Both the position numbers and the translations under genes were made by a program. The notes under the pieces were generated by a model, which was given only the letters and a program-made list of their open reading frames with translations, was not told where the DNA came from and ran no database searches. From an uncultured Nitrospiraceae bacterium (GTDB taxonomy: Bacteria > Nitrospirota > Thermodesulfovibrionia > Thermodesulfovibrionales > Dissulfurispiraceae), in the NCBI GenBank assembly GCA_963727805.1, contig CAVSHF010000005.1:160001-224000 (forward strand): a DNA stretch of 64,000 nucleotides, in the 5' to 3' direction. How positions within the stretch are numbered: position 1 is the stretch's first letter; every line of letters begins with the position of its first letter. Of this stretch, positions 28,493-39,909 are shown piece by piece.

Positions 28493-30634
28493 GCTGACAG
28501 GATAATTAGGGAAACAGAAGAAGAGAGCGCTGCTACAACACCCCGCACCAGGACACACGCACCAGGCGGTAGAAACATCAGCGGCCAAGGCCGCCAACAC
28601 CGCAAAATAAGTGTGATCATCGGCGTCCTCGCGATACTGGGAAGCATTTATCTCGCCGTTGCTCTGGGTTCCTTCAATAGATGGGATCCCTCGTTCTCTA
28701 CCTTTTCGAATAGATTGGTTCAAAATTACGGCGGCATTGTCGGCGCTTATCTTTCGGATCTGATAGTGGAGACCGTCGGATTTCCGGGATATCTCGTTCC
28801 GGTTTTCCTGTTCATTTTTGGAATAAGAAAAATCCTCGGTAAAGAGCGAAATCTCTTCCATAGCCTGGGGACGCTTCTCCTCATTCCAGCCCTTGCGATG
28901 CTGGTGGAACTGATTTCGCAGACAACCTCACGTTCTTTCGATCCCTCGGGAGGGCTCATCGGACTGCTCCTTTTCAACATCTTCGAGGGATTGCTGTCGA
29001 TGGTCGGTGCTTACATCTTTTGTGTTGCGCTCATTGCCGTTGCTCTAATCCTCATTAGCCCCGTCTCGATCTTCTCCTTTATCGTCGAGAGGAACAAAGA
29101 AAAGAAGACGGAGGAGAGGCATGTTGTAGAGCACGATGAGCAGGAGTTGGATATCGAGGAAGAACATCCCGAAGAATTTACCATACGTGAGACGAAAACA
29201 AGAACGGCGATCCCCCTGCGTCCGGTAATCAGAAAGGCCGACGAAACGGGGTACCAATTGCCGCCTCTCGAATTTCTTAAAGACCCAGACGAATTTCCCG
29301 GTCCCACAAAAGAAGAGCTAACGTCCGCGGCCTCGGGACTCGAACGAAAGCTCGCCGACTTCGGCGTCATGGGCAAGATTAAGCAGGCCCATCCGGGGCC
29401 CGTGGTTACGATGTTTGAGTTCGAACCGGCGGCCGGCGTAAAGATAAACAGGATCGTCTCACTCGCCGATGACCTTGCTTTGTCGCTCAGAGCGCCCAGC
29501 ATCAGGGTCTATCCCATCGCCGGCAAGGCAACGATTGGTCTCGAAGTGCCCAACCGCCAGCGTGCTTCGGTTTCGCTCAAAGAGATCATCTCATCAGAAG
29601 TATTCCAGAAAAGTTCGTCGCTGCTTACCCTCGCCCTGGGAAAGGACATCTTTGGTAACCCGGTTGTCACAGACTTGGCACGAATGCCCCACCTATTGGT
29701 CGCCGGTGCTACCGGTTCCGGGAAAAGCGTTTCCATCAATGCAATGATCACAAGTATGCTTTATAAGGCTACGCCGAACGAAGTCAAGATGCTAATGATT
29801 GACCCGAAACTGCTCGAACTGTCCGCCTATTCGGATATACCTCATCTCATCTCGCCGGTCATCACGAGTCCGAAAGATGCCTCGGATGCCCTGAAAAAAA
29901 TGGTGCTCGAAATGGAACGGCGTTACCGGCTCCTTGCGGAACAGGGGACAAGGAACATAGAAAATTTCAACCGTCAAGTCTCTCCTTCGGAACGACTTCC
30001 TTACATCGTCGTCTTCATTGATGAACTTGCAGACCTCATGTTCACCGCACCTGCAGATGTCGAAAACGCGATCGCGCGACTTGCCCAGATGGCGAGGGCG
30101 TCCGGGATTCATCTTATACTCGCGACTCAGCGGCCTTCGGTTGATGTTATAACGGGGTTGATCAAAGCGAACTTCCCGGCGAGGATATCGTTTCAGGTCA
30201 CTTCCAAGATCGATTCGCGCACTATCCTTGACTCCATGGGTGCGGAGAAGCTTCTCGGTATGGGAGATATGCTCTACATGATTCCGGGCGTCAAGATAGT
30301 CCGTATACACGGCGCCTACATCAGCGATACGGAAGTGAAAGAGATAACGAATTTCGTAAAAGGGCAGGGCACTCCGGACTATACCTCTTTCGAGAGCATC
30401 ACCGTCATCGATGGCAAGTTGAGTGATGATCAGCAGAATGAGAGGGACGAGATGTATCAGCGCGTTGTTGACTTTGCTGAATCTGCTGGCGAGGTATCGA
30501 TCTCTTCTATCCAGAGAAGGTTTAAGATTGGATACAATAAAGCGGCCACCATTATGGAGCTTCTTGAGGAAGATGGTTTCGTGGGACCGCCCAAAGGCGC
30601 AGGCAAACCAAGGGAATTTTTAAGGAGAAGATGA
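28490..30634 (+). CDS. ftsK: DNA translocase FtsK
   Basis: N-terminal TM domain, PHLLVAGATGSGKS, IDELADLM, ATQRPSVDVITGLIKANFP, gamma domain QRRFKIGYNKAA. Confidence 0.96.
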   Translation: MADRIIRETEEESAATTPRTRTHAPGGRNISGQGRQHRKISVIIGVLAILGSIYLAVALGSFNRWDPSFSTFSNRLVQNYGGIVGAYLSDLIVETVGFPGYLVPVFLFIFGIRKILGKERNLFHSLGTLLLIPALAMLVELISQTTSRSFDPSGGLIGLLLFNIFEGLLSMVGAYIFCVALIAVALILISPVSIFSFIVERNKEKKTEERHVVEHDEQELDIEEEHPEEFTIRETKTRTAIPLRPVIRKADETGYQLPPLEFLKDPDEFPGPTKEELTSAASGLERKLADFGVMGKIKQAHPGPVVTMFEFEPAAGVKINRIVSLADDLALSLRAPSIRVYPIAGKATIGLEVPNRQRASVSLKEIISSEVFQKSSSLLTLALGKDIFGNPVVTDLARMPHLLVAGATGSGKSVSINAMITSMLYKATPNEVKMLMIDPKLLELSAYSDIPHLISPVITSPKDASDALKKMVLEMERRYRLLAEQGTRNIENFNRQVSPSERLPYIVVFIDELADLMFTAPADVENAIARLAQMARASGIHLILATQRPSVDVITGLIKANFPARISFQVTSKIDSRTILDSMGAEKLLGMGDMLYMIPGVKIVRIHGAYISDTEVKEITNFVKGQGTPDYTSFESITVIDGKLSDDQQNERDEMYQRVVDFAESAGEVSISSIQRRFKIGYNKAATIMELLEEDGFVGPPKGAGKPREFLRRR

Positions 30635-30635
30635 T

Positions 30636-31316
30636 ATGAAAATAGAAGTCGGACTCCCCATACGAAAAGCTGGAAGTTATAACCGCCCAGGAAAGTTTAT
30701 ACTTTTTCACTCGTTGTTCGCCGCACTATTCACGGTGATGTTCTTCACGCCTTGCCTGGCGCAGGAAGATCAAGTAACGAAAATACAGAAAGCCTATGAG
30801 GATATAAAGGATATTAGCGGGAACTTTGTACAGAAGAGTTCTATCAAGGACCTTAAACGGACCGATACTTACATTGGCAGGTTCTTTATAAAGCCACCCA
30901 AGATGAAATGGGAATATACTGGCGAAAAGCCTCAGGTCATCTACATCAAGGGAGACGAAATATTAATCTATCAGAAGAAAGAGAACCAAATCATCAAATC
31001 GAAATTTGACCGGGCCACTTATGGACAGGCGCCAATTGCACTTCTTGCTGGATTTGGCGATATCAGACGGGATTTCGTCGTCATCTCAGATTCTCCTGAC
31101 CGCCTTATGATAAAACCCCGGAAATCGATGGGGAACATAGATTATATAGAGGTCACGCCCTCCGACAATGCTTTTCCAATCAAGGCCCTGATCATCGTGG
31201 ATAGCCTTTTGAACAGGATCGAGATTACGCTGAAGGATGTAAAGACAAATACCGGCCTCAATAATTCGCTCTTTAATTTCACTCCGCCAAAAGATGCGAC
31301 AATGCTGGGGCACTGA
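30636..31316 (+). CDS. lolA: Outer-membrane lipoprotein carrier LolA
   Basis: FVQ...GRFFIKPPKMKWEY, FNFTPP C-terminus; follows ftsK. Confidence 0.85.
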   Translation: MKIEVGLPIRKAGSYNRPGKFILFHSLFAALFTVMFFTPCLAQEDQVTKIQKAYEDIKDISGNFVQKSSIKDLKRTDTYIGRFFIKPPKMKWEYTGEKPQVIYIKGDEILIYQKKENQIIKSKFDRATYGQAPIALLAGFGDIRRDFVVISDSPDRLMIKPRKSMGNIDYIEVTPSDNAFPIKALIIVDSLLNRIEITLKDVKTNTGLNNSLFNFTPPKDATMLGH

Positions 31317-31332
31317 ACCGTACTTAACCCCA

Positions 31333-31896
31333 ATGGATATTGCACAACAAATCAGATACAAAAGGGCTTCCCCGTCTGATTATGACGGCATTCTCAATCT
31401 ACAGAAGGGGAACCTACTTGTGAATCTCAGCTCGAAGCAGGCAGAGGACGGCTTTCTGTTCGTCGAATTCAGTGAAAAGCAAATTGATGAAATCAACCGT
31501 GACCTGTGTGTAATTGTCGCAGAATCGGGAAGTGAGATCGTCGGTTACCTCTGCGGGACATCCTGCCGATACGGCACACAATTCCCTATTCTGCAAACCA
31601 TGATAGGCAGGCTCAACAAGTTGGCTCTTGATGGGAATCGATTGACGGAAGAAAATACCTTCATCTACGGACCCGTCTGTATAGGAAAACCTGCAAGAGG
31701 CTCCGGCATATTAAACGGCCTTTATCAGGCGCTGAAAGAGATTGCGTCTTTGAGCTATGCTTTCTGCATCTTGTTCATATCGGACAAGAATCCGCGCTCG
31801 ATTAATGCACACCTTAAATTAGGAATGAACCGACTTGGAGTTTTTGAATTCAACAATGGCCTGTTCCACATCATGGGCTCATCTCTCAACAGATGA
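31333..31896 (+). CDS. GNAT family N-acetyltransferase
   Basis: IVGYL, YGPVCIGKPARGSGI, NPRSINAHLKLG. Confidence 0.75.
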   Translation: MDIAQQIRYKRASPSDYDGILNLQKGNLLVNLSSKQAEDGFLFVEFSEKQIDEINRDLCVIVAESGSEIVGYLCGTSCRYGTQFPILQTMIGRLNKLALDGNRLTEENTFIYGPVCIGKPARGSGILNGLYQALKEIASLSYAFCILFISDKNPRSINAHLKLGMNRLGVFEFNNGLFHIMGSSLNR

Positions 31897-32166
31897 TATT
31901 TCTTATGTCATCAAAACGCATTATTCAATAATCTCTGAAGAATTCTATTTCCTCCAAAACTGGACCTGGCAGTGACCGCACTCGTTGATGAGAGTCCATC
32001 AAGACAACTCGGTCCACATAAACCAACTCTCAGATTGCTATGCAAGAAATCCTAATTACGTTATCAGTGTGCATCAAAAGGTCAAAGTGACCGTGCTAAA
32101 AGTGGATTTGCAGCGATAAAGAATCGCCCTTTCCATGAAGAAATGATCTCCATTTGTAAAATCAAA

Positions 32167-33267
32167 CTAAACACTTTTCGGCAGAATGAAGCAGAATCTA
32201 CTTCCTTTTCCAGGTGTGCTCTCGACCCAAATGTTTCCTCCATGGGCCTCCACTATCGTTCTGGCAACGGCGAGGCCGAGTCCCGATCCTTTCTGCACTC
32301 TGTCGGCCCTGTAGAACGCATCAAATAAAAAGGGGACATGTTCAGCAGGTATACCTTCACCCGTATCCTCAACTTGTATAAGGAGGTCCTCTTTCCTGTC
32401 GAGAACTCTTACGGTAACCACCCCACCCGGGCTTGTGTACTTTATCGCATTATCGATCAGATTGGTGATGACCCTGTTTACCATGTTCCTATCGGCTGTG
32501 ATCAGCGGCAGCGATTTTCTTGGGATTTCTAGAAATATCCTGAGGTCCTTCTGGTCGGCCTTCACTTTCGCTATCTGGATCTGTTTCTCGATCAGCGGTC
32601 TCATCTCCATTCGACAAGGCACCAAAGAATATTCTTTCAGATTAAATCTTGCAAACTCCATAAAGTTTGTTGCCAGGTAATTGACCGTTTTAAGCTCGTC
32701 CTGCACTAATTGCAGATTTGCTTGCAAATCTTCTGTTTCACCTGAAAGGATTTCGCCCAGAATATGAATCGAGGGGACAATGGAATTTTTCATGTCGTGT
32801 GCCAGCATGGAAAGAAGGTTGTTTCTTTCCCTCTCAAGTCTTGCTATTTCTTTGAGTCTGGTTTCGAGTTCCACAAGCAGCTTTTTGCGGTGTATGGAGT
32901 AACGAATCGCTTTCGACAATAACATCGCATCGACACGTCCCTTTACCAGATAGTCTTGAGCGCCCTTCTGCACGGCGTTTACCGCAAACTCTTCATCAAT
33001 AAGCCCAGTCAAGACGATTACAGGAGTATTGTCAGCGTGATCACGGACACGACAAAATGTGTCAATGCCTTGGCTGTCAGGCAATCCAAGATCGGATAGG
33101 ATGACGTCGAACTGCTTTAGGTTAAGACGTTCAAGTGCCGATGACATCCTATCCGCATGAGTTACTTCAATCTGAAGATCGGCCTCTGACAGGATTTCAC
33201 ATATCAATTCAGCATCGCTAGGATCGTCCTCGATCAGCAAAATCCTTATATACTGTTTCTCGTCCAC
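32167..33267 (-). CDS. Hybrid REC-HisKA-HATPase kinase
   Basis: ILLIEDD...DLGLPD...GAQDYLVK; LAHDMKN; NLIDNAIKY, DTGEG, GSGLGL. Confidence 0.92.
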   Translation of the reverse strand: MDEKQYIRILLIEDDPSDAELICEILSEADLQIEVTHADRMSSALERLNLKQFDVILSDLGLPDSQGIDTFCRVRDHADNTPVIVLTGLIDEEFAVNAVQKGAQDYLVKGRVDAMLLSKAIRYSIHRKKLLVELETRLKEIARLERERNNLLSMLAHDMKNSIVPSIHILGEILSGETEDLQANLQLVQDELKTVNYLATNFMEFARFNLKEYSLVPCRMEMRPLIEKQIQIAKVKADQKDLRIFLEIPRKSLPLITADRNMVNRVITNLIDNAIKYTSPGGVVTVRVLDRKEDLLIQVEDTGEGIPAEHVPFLFDAFYRADRVQKGSGLGLAVARTIVEAHGGNIWVESTPGKGSRFCFILPKSV

Positions 33268-33284
33268 GTTATCTCGCCAATCAG

Positions 33285-33752
33285 TTACTTGTTGTTTGAA
33301 GCGGGCATGTCCCCGCGACCAAGAGGAAGTTTGACAACGGTAAACCAGAAGTCTTGGATCGTCTCGACGATCTTGATAAACTCCTTAAGACCGATGGGTT
33401 TCGTTATCCAGCAGTTGGCTCCCCATTCATAACACCTTTGAATATCCCATGCATCCTGGGATGTCGTAAGTACCACAACAGGAATTGTTTTCAGAGCTTC
33501 GTCCTCCTTGAGTTCCTTCAGCACCTCCCGACCATCTTTCCTGGGGAGGTTAAGATCGAGTATGATCAGGTCAGGTCTCCTCGCATCCGTGTAAGGCGCC
33601 TCTCTCCTCAGGTAGTGCATCGCCTTGATGCCGTCGTCGACAGCTTCCAGATGGACTAGCATCTTCGAATCTTTCAGTCCTTCGCGTGTTAGTTCGACGT
33701 CAGCTGGATCATCCTCAACAAGGAGGACATCCACGCTCCTGATAGGGCTCAT
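33285..33752 (-). CDS. Single-domain response regulator, Rcp1-like
   Basis: [47 protein letters not shown]. Confidence 0.92.
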   Translation of the reverse strand: MSPIRSVDVLLVEDDPADVELTREGLKDSKMLVHLEAVDDGIKAMHYLRREAPYTDARRPDLIILDLNLPRKDGREVLKELKEDEALKTIPVVVLTTSQDAWDIQRCYEWGANCWITKPIGLKEFIKIVETIQDFWFTVVKLPLGRGDMPASNNK

Positions 33753-35533
33753 GATTCATTCACCTCTTTCTCGTTTTTCGGTAGTTTAAAATAAAAAGTT
33801 GAACCTTTGCCGAATTCGGATTCCGCCCAGATAGAACCTCCATGCCGTTCAACGACCTTCTTGCAAATTGCAAGGCCGATGCCGGTACCAGGATACTCCT
33901 CCTTCGTGTGAAGCCGTTGAAACATGACAAAAATACGATCAAGAAACGCCTTTTCTATCCCGATTCCGTTATCGCTGACCGAAAAGATCCACTCATTTCC
34001 CTCACTCCTTGCCGAAACATGGACCCGTGGCATGTCGTCGCGGTGGAACTTTATAGCATTGCTGATGAGATTCTGAAAAACCATGCCTATCTGTAACTCG
34101 TCCGCCATTACTAAAGGCAATTTATCGAAGGTAATCACAGCGCCGCTCTCCTTGATCCGATACTGTAGATCGTCAAGGGTACGCTTAAAGATATCGACGC
34201 AATCAGCCTTTGCGAATTTTCTTGTGCTTGTTCCAATGCGTGAAAAAGCGAGCAGATCATTGATAAGCAAACTCATCCTTTTTGCCCCATCGACAATATA
34301 GCAGATGTACCGGTCGGCATCGGGTCCCAGTTGCTCTTTGAATCGTCGTTCAAGCAACTCGGTGAAACTCACGACTTTGCGCAATGGCTCCTGCAGATCG
34401 TGTGAGGCGACATAGGCAAACTGTTCCAGCTCTTTGTTGGAACGCTCCAGGTCGACCAGCGTCCTTTCCAACTTCCGCTCTGCCTGTTTTCGCTCACCAA
34501 GTTCGGCTTGGAGTTTTTCTCTAATTTCCCTTTCAACCCTTTCCTTTTCCTGTAGCTGCACGGATAGAGAGCGGATCGAATAGAACAGTTCCATTCCGTC
34601 GTAAGCAATGACTGAGCCAATCAATATGGAGATTCCGGTAAAGAGAAAAAGCCCGATAATTACTTTTTTCACTGGTTCCAAAACTTCTTTTTCGGGCCTC
34701 TGCATAACAATACCCCATCCCCATTTCATGGGCTGGAATGTCAAAACTACAATCTCTTTGCCGACAGAATCAATACTCTTTTCAGAGCCGGTAAGCCCCT
34801 TTTTAACTTTACCCACCGCGGGGACGCCGGAGAAGTCATAGACCCTGTCCAACTTGTAACCGGGGTGATAAAGTAGATGGCCGTTCTTGTCAACCATGTA
34901 GACGAAACCCTTTCCGATATGCATGCCGCTCAATACGTCCTTGAAATAGTCCTCATTCGGGTGAAAGACCAAAATCCCCACAACGTTTCCGGATCGTTCT
35001 TTCACCGGCACCGCCATCGCAAAGATATACCGCTTTGGTTCCGCCGGCCTAAGAAAAAAGTCGGAAACGTAAGGTGACCAATGCGCGGAGACGCCATGGT
35101 ACCAGTCTTTATCGGATAGGTCCATCCTGACCAAGGCTGGGTCATGGGGATATGACGTTATGTTGATACCCCGAGGGGTCGTTACGAGAACTTTTTCAAA
35201 GGAAAGTGAATTGTCGATGAAGCTTTTGAGATGCATATCGATTTCTTTCGCATCATCTTTCTTCATCGCGCTGATCAGCAGCGGCCTATCGGCAAAGGTT
35301 TTGGCGTTCGAGATGTCGGTATTTATCTTCTCTTCGATATGATAAGCCGTCAAATTCAACAAAGTCTCATTTTCCGCCAGAACGATATGCTGAAATTCTG
35401 AGGTGACCTGCGAATAGATGAACATCGAAAGTGCCATGAGAGGAGCAACAACCGCAAGAATTCCGGAGACGATGATCCGCCACCTTTTTTCGAGAAGCCA
35501 TACTACTACTTTACTGTCAGCATTAATTACCAA
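33749..35533 (-). CDS. Membrane dCache sensor histidine kinase (Cph1-like kinase core)
   Basis: Two TM helices flank a Cache region (DKDWY...[17 protein letters not shown]); [27 protein letters not shown]...YPGTGIGL. Confidence 0.9.
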   Translation of the reverse strand: MVINADSKVVVWLLEKRWRIIVSGILAVVAPLMALSMFIYSQVTSEFQHIVLAENETLLNLTAYHIEEKINTDISNAKTFADRPLLISAMKKDDAKEIDMHLKSFIDNSLSFEKVLVTTPRGINITSYPHDPALVRMDLSDKDWYHGVSAHWSPYVSDFFLRPAEPKRYIFAMAVPVKERSGNVVGILVFHPNEDYFKDVLSGMHIGKGFVYMVDKNGHLLYHPGYKLDRVYDFSGVPAVGKVKKGLTGSEKSIDSVGKEIVVLTFQPMKWGWGIVMQRPEKEVLEPVKKVIIGLFLFTGISILIGSVIAYDGMELFYSIRSLSVQLQEKERVEREIREKLQAELGERKQAERKLERTLVDLERSNKELEQFAYVASHDLQEPLRKVVSFTELLERRFKEQLGPDADRYICYIVDGAKRMSLLINDLLAFSRIGTSTRKFAKADCVDIFKRTLDDLQYRIKESGAVITFDKLPLVMADELQIGMVFQNLISNAIKFHRDDMPRVHVSARSEGNEWIFSVSDNGIGIEKAFLDRIFVMFQRLHTKEEYPGTGIGLAICKKVVERHGGSIWAESEFGKGSTFYFKLPKNEKEVNES

Positions 35534-35668
35534 TCTACTCTCCGATAAATCATTCTATCATTTTAGCACAATCCTGATCGAAATCCGAGTAAGGTCCGGA
35601 TGCGAAAACCAAAGCATACGAGACAAACAAGTCCATTTATGATTATAATTCAAGAGTTGCTTAACGCT

Positions 35669-36631
35669 ATGGTAAGATCAGGAAAAATAGCGATAACGAT
35701 CGGCGATCCGGCTGGCATCGGTCCCGAGATTGTGCTCAAGTCACTTCTTTCTGACGAAGTTATGCGGGCATGTAGACCTCTTATTATCGGCTCGCGGAGC
35801 GTCTTGGAGACGGCATCGGAAAGGATGGGAATCCCCTTTCACCCCGTTGCTTATGATGTGCTCAACACTGGCGAGATTAAGAGCTGTGATTTTGCAAGAG
35901 GACACGTAACGGCCGAAGGTGGCAGGGATTGTGTCGAGTATATCAAAAAGGCCGTGGAACTCGCAATGCTCCGGGTGGTAGATGCGATTGTCACGGCACC
36001 CATCTCCAAGGAAGCCTTGAAGATGGCCGGATTCGGATGGCCGGGGCATACGGAGATGCTAGCCGAACTGACCGGCACAAAAGACTACGCTATGGTTCTC
36101 TGCGGAGGCCCGCTCAGGGTCATTCTGACTACAATTCACACTGCACTCAGAAACGTGCCTGACATGGTGACCAAAGAAAAGGTACTACAAACAATAGTTC
36201 TGGCGAAAAAAGCTTGCAGCATGATGGGCATCAAGGAGCCAAAGATTGCAGTGGCAGGCCTCAATCCGCACGGGGGTGAAGCAGGCATCTTTGGAGAGGA
36301 GGAAATACGCCACATTACGCCCGCGGTCAGAGAGGCGCAGGCTGCGGGGATTGCGGTCTCCGGTCCTTATCCTCCAGATGCGCTGTTCCACAAAGCCTAT
36401 CATGGCGACTTCGATATTGTCGTCTGCATGTATCACGATCAAGGGCTGGTCCCGCTGAAGATGATAGCCTTCGACAAGGGAGTGAACATGACCGTAGGGC
36501 TACCCATCATTCGCACCTCTCCCGACCACGGCACGGCACACGATATCGCATGGAAAGGTATCGCAGACCCCTCCAGCATGGTCGAAGCAATAAAACTTGC
36601 CGCTCAACTCGGAGGTACTCAGCAGCTATGA
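35669..36631 (+). CDS. pdxA: 4-hydroxythreonine-4-phosphate dehydrogenase
   Basis: GDPAGIGPE, TAPISK, GHTE, GLNPHGGE, MYHDQG, RTSPDHGTA. Confidence 0.95.
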   Translation: MVRSGKIAITIGDPAGIGPEIVLKSLLSDEVMRACRPLIIGSRSVLETASERMGIPFHPVAYDVLNTGEIKSCDFARGHVTAEGGRDCVEYIKKAVELAMLRVVDAIVTAPISKEALKMAGFGWPGHTEMLAELTGTKDYAMVLCGGPLRVILTTIHTALRNVPDMVTKEKVLQTIVLAKKACSMMGIKEPKIAVAGLNPHGGEAGIFGEEEIRHITPAVREAQAAGIAVSGPYPPDALFHKAYHGDFDIVVCMYHDQGLVPLKMIAFDKGVNMTVGLPIIRTSPDHGTAHDIAWKGIADPSSMVEAIKLAAQLGGTQQL

Positions 36632-37716
36632 AATTGTTCGAACCCTTCTCATTTGCCGGACTGAATCTAAAGAACCGGATCGTCCGTTCAGCAACATATG
36701 AAAAGAGGGCTGACATTGACGGATTCGTAACGGACGCACTGATCGCGCTTTACAAAGACCTGGCGCTCGGCGGCACCGGCCTGATCATAACCGGAAATGC
36801 TCTGGTTGATCTTTCGGGAAGATCAATCCCGCAGTTAATTTGCATACACAATGATCATTATGTTGACAAATTACGGAAACTCACCGATACAGTGCACAAC
36901 CTTGACGGCAAAATCGTGATACAGCTTTCTCACGGCGGCAGACAGTGTTTCCCTTCACTCTTGGGGGGTAAGCAGCCCATTGCACCGTCTGCGGTCTATG
37001 ATCCTTCCACGAAAATCACACCGCGCGCAATGGCCAACGATGAAGTGTGGGGAATTATCGATGCCTTTGCCGATTCAGCAAGAAGGGCTTTTTATGCAGG
37101 ATTTGACGGGGTGCAGATCCATGCGGCTCACGGATACCTCGTGAGCGCATTTCTTTCTCCCCATACGAACAGGCGGGACGACTACTGGGGAGGCGATGAA
37201 GAGCGGCGATTTCATTTCATCGAGGAGATTTACGAAGCGATGAGAAAAGAGGTGGGCAGCGTTTTCCCGATCATGGCCAAGATGAATGCAGACGACTTCA
37301 TCGAAGGCGGACTGAGACCATCCGAAAGTTTGCGAATAGCGAAGAGGCTTCAGGCAATCGGCTTCAGTGCCGTCGAAGTGAGTGGCGGTATGTTTGAATC
37401 AGGAAAGATGACAGTCAGGCCCAATATCGAAAGCGAAAGCCAGGAAGCATATTTCAGGGAGGCTGCGGGGCCTTTTGCAAAAGAACTAGAGATACCGCTA
37501 ATGATCGTTGGGGGAATACGCTCAAGGAGCATCGCAGAAGATATTGTTCAGAAGGGAGACGCAGACCTCATCTCGTTTTCACGGCCTCTCATAAGGGAAC
37601 CCGACCTACCGAATAAGTTCATCGCCGGCAAAGACCGGGCCGACTGCATCTCCTGCAACAACTGCATGCGCTTCCTGAAGCTCGATATGATAAAGTGCAC
37701 TCAGATCAAGTCATGA
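36628..37716 (+). CDS. NADH:flavin oxidoreductase (Old Yellow Enzyme family)
   Basis: LKNRIVRSAT, QLSHGG, GFDGVQIHAAHGYL, NRRDDYWGG, C-terminal CISCNNC. Confidence 0.9.
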   Translation: MKLFEPFSFAGLNLKNRIVRSATYEKRADIDGFVTDALIALYKDLALGGTGLIITGNALVDLSGRSIPQLICIHNDHYVDKLRKLTDTVHNLDGKIVIQLSHGGRQCFPSLLGGKQPIAPSAVYDPSTKITPRAMANDEVWGIIDAFADSARRAFYAGFDGVQIHAAHGYLVSAFLSPHTNRRDDYWGGDEERRFHFIEEIYEAMRKEVGSVFPIMAKMNADDFIEGGLRPSESLRIAKRLQAIGFSAVEVSGGMFESGKMTVRPNIESESQEAYFREAAGPFAKELEIPLMIVGGIRSRSIAEDIVQKGDADLISFSRPLIREPDLPNKFIAGKDRADCISCNNCMRFLKLDMIKCTQIKS

Positions 37717-37754
37717 TTTGACCTCAAGTCCGTTCTAGTTTTAATATAATTACT

Positions 37755-38966
37755 ATGCTCACGCCTGAAAAACAGCTTGAAATAATTAAAAGAGGCACCT
37801 TCGAAATTATCCAGGAGAAAGAGCTTTTCCTGAAGCTCGTAAAATCAATAAAAGAAAATAAGCCCTTAAAGATCAAGGCTGGATTTGATCCGACGGCACC
37901 TGATATCCATATCGGTCACACTGTTCTCATCGAGAAGCTGCGCCAGTTCCAGGAACTCGGTCATGAAGTCATTTTCCTTATCGGTGATTTCACCGGCATG
38001 ATCGGTGATCCGACCGGCAAGTCGGAAACAAGAAAGCCGCTCACAAAAAATGATGTTCTCAAAAACGCCGAGACGTACAAGGAGCAGGTCTTCAAAATCC
38101 TCGATCAGGAAAAAACAAGGATTACTTTCAATAGCCTGTGGCTTGAAAGCCTGAGCGCTATTGAACTTATCAAGCTTCAGGCAAAACAGACCGTGGCCCG
38201 CATGCTCGAACGAGAAGACTTCAAGCAGCGATTTCATAGCCAGACCCCTATCGGCATCCATGAATTCATTTACCCACTTTTGCAGGGATATGACTCGGTG
38301 GTGCTTCATGCCGATGTTGAACTCGGAGGCACGGACCAACGCTTCAATCTCCTGATGGGCAGGGAACTCCAGAAGGAATATGGACAGGAGCCACAGGTGA
38401 TCGTTATTATGCCACTCCTGGAAGGCCTCGACGGGGTCAAGAAAATGTCGAAAAGTCTCGGCAACTATATCGGCATCTCGGAGCAGCCAAAAGACATCTA
38501 TGGCAAGACTCTCTCCATCAGCGACGAGCTAATGATCAAGTATTATGAACTACTCAGTCACACTGGCATAGATGAACTCAAGAGACTCAAAGAGGGGCTG
38601 CGTGCCGGCACGATTCATCCCAAAAAAGCCAAGGAAGATCTTGCCATGGAACTCGTCGATAGATACTGGGGAAAAGAAGCCTCACGTCATGCCAAGGAAG
38701 AGTTTGACAAGGTTTTCAAGGACAAAGGTCTCCCCGATAACATCCCCGTTTTCGAACTCATATGGGATGATCATGAGATCTGGCTTCCCAGAATCATGAA
38801 GGCATCCGGTCTCGTCCAAAGCACAGGAGAGGCCATGCGCCTGATAAAACAGGGTGCAGTGAATGTCGATAATGAGAAGGTTGACAACCCAGATGCAAAG
38901 CTTGCTAAAGGTGATTACATCATCAAGGCCGGCAAGAGGAAGTTCGTAAGAATCAGGCCACTGTGA
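37755..38966 (+). CDS. tyrS: Tyrosine--tRNA ligase
   Basis: [32 protein letters not shown]-terminal S4 domain. Confidence 0.97.
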   Translation: MLTPEKQLEIIKRGTFEIIQEKELFLKLVKSIKENKPLKIKAGFDPTAPDIHIGHTVLIEKLRQFQELGHEVIFLIGDFTGMIGDPTGKSETRKPLTKNDVLKNAETYKEQVFKILDQEKTRITFNSLWLESLSAIELIKLQAKQTVARMLEREDFKQRFHSQTPIGIHEFIYPLLQGYDSVVLHADVELGGTDQRFNLLMGRELQKEYGQEPQVIVIMPLLEGLDGVKKMSKSLGNYIGISEQPKDIYGKTLSISDELMIKYYELLSHTGIDELKRLKEGLRAGTIHPKKAKEDLAMELVDRYWGKEASRHAKEEFDKVFKDKGLPDNIPVFELIWDDHEIWLPRIMKASGLVQSTGEAMRLIKQGAVNVDNEKVDNPDAKLAKGDYIIKAGKRKFVRIRPL

Positions 38967-39095
38967 GTAGCCCGCCTGTTGTACGTCAACATGGTAAAAG
39001 TCGAAACCGGCTATTCAGTCGCGTCATCCCCACGCGTTTCGTGAACACTGTGCAGCCGCAATGCAGTATTAAGGATAGTAGTCATGCGCGATGAC

Positions 39096-39824
39096 TTACG
39101 AATACGAGGTAAGGATATCCAAATCGATACAGGCCGCTGCAATTGCTTCTATCGATTCCGCCGAGATATCTTGTAAATAGGGGATAACGCCTATGATCGG
39201 CACAGAACATAGCTCTCGCAGAGCCTTAGGATTGGTCTTTTCAGCGATAGTTCCCTCGGCCGGGATGTTAAAGTTGATGATTAGCCCTGCAACATCGACG
39301 CCCTCGTTAAGAAGCTGAGTTACGGTAAGAAGCGTATGATTTATGGTGCCGAGTGCCGGTCGAGTGACTACCACTACTGGCAGTTCAAGTTCCTTTATGA
39401 GATCGATGACGAAATAGCTCCGCGAAGTCTTGCTAGTCGTTTTGCCCGCCAGGGGCACAAGAACTCCGCCTATGCCTTCGACAACCATAAAGTCGTATTT
39501 CCTGGAGAGAGCCCCGTAAGCATTGAATATCTTTTCGAGATCCACAGGTATGCCCTCCACTTGTGACGCAATATGCGGAGCAAGAGGCGCTTCGAAGCGC
39601 ACGGGCGTGATCAATTCGAGAGTATCGTCCATACCGGCAATTTCCTTTAATAACTTCCCGTCCGCCGGTTCGAGGATACCATCCTTACGATAGCATCCCG
39701 TTTCAATTGGTTTCATTGCCCCGGTTTTAATTCCGCGTTGCTTCAGCGCACGAACGATAGATGCGGAGGCAATGGTTTTGCCAACTCCTGTGTCGGTGGC
39801 TGTAACAAAAATACCTTTTGACAT
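39096..39824 (-). CDS. bioD: Dethiobiotin synthase
   Basis: FVTATDTGVGKT, MKPIETG, VEGIGG, LGTINHTLL. Confidence 0.95.
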   Translation of the reverse strand: MSKGIFVTATDTGVGKTIASASIVRALKQRGIKTGAMKPIETGCYRKDGILEPADGKLLKEIAGMDDTLELITPVRFEAPLAPHIASQVEGIPVDLEKIFNAYGALSRKYDFMVVEGIGGVLVPLAGKTTSKTSRSYFVIDLIKELELPVVVVTRPALGTINHTLLTVTQLLNEGVDVAGLIINFNIPAEGTIAEKTNPKALRELCSVPIIGVIPYLQDISAESIEAIAAACIDLDILTSYS

Positions 39825-39909
39825 TTATTTCCCTTTCATTCGAGCCTGAATTATATCAACGTCTTCATTCGTTACCTATCAGAAAATACTCAAATTAAAG
39901 ACGGGCGGG

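Noticed and set aside
31900..32160. Intergenic stretch as ncRNA or pseudogene
   Set aside because: No recognisable structure or homologous peptide by eye
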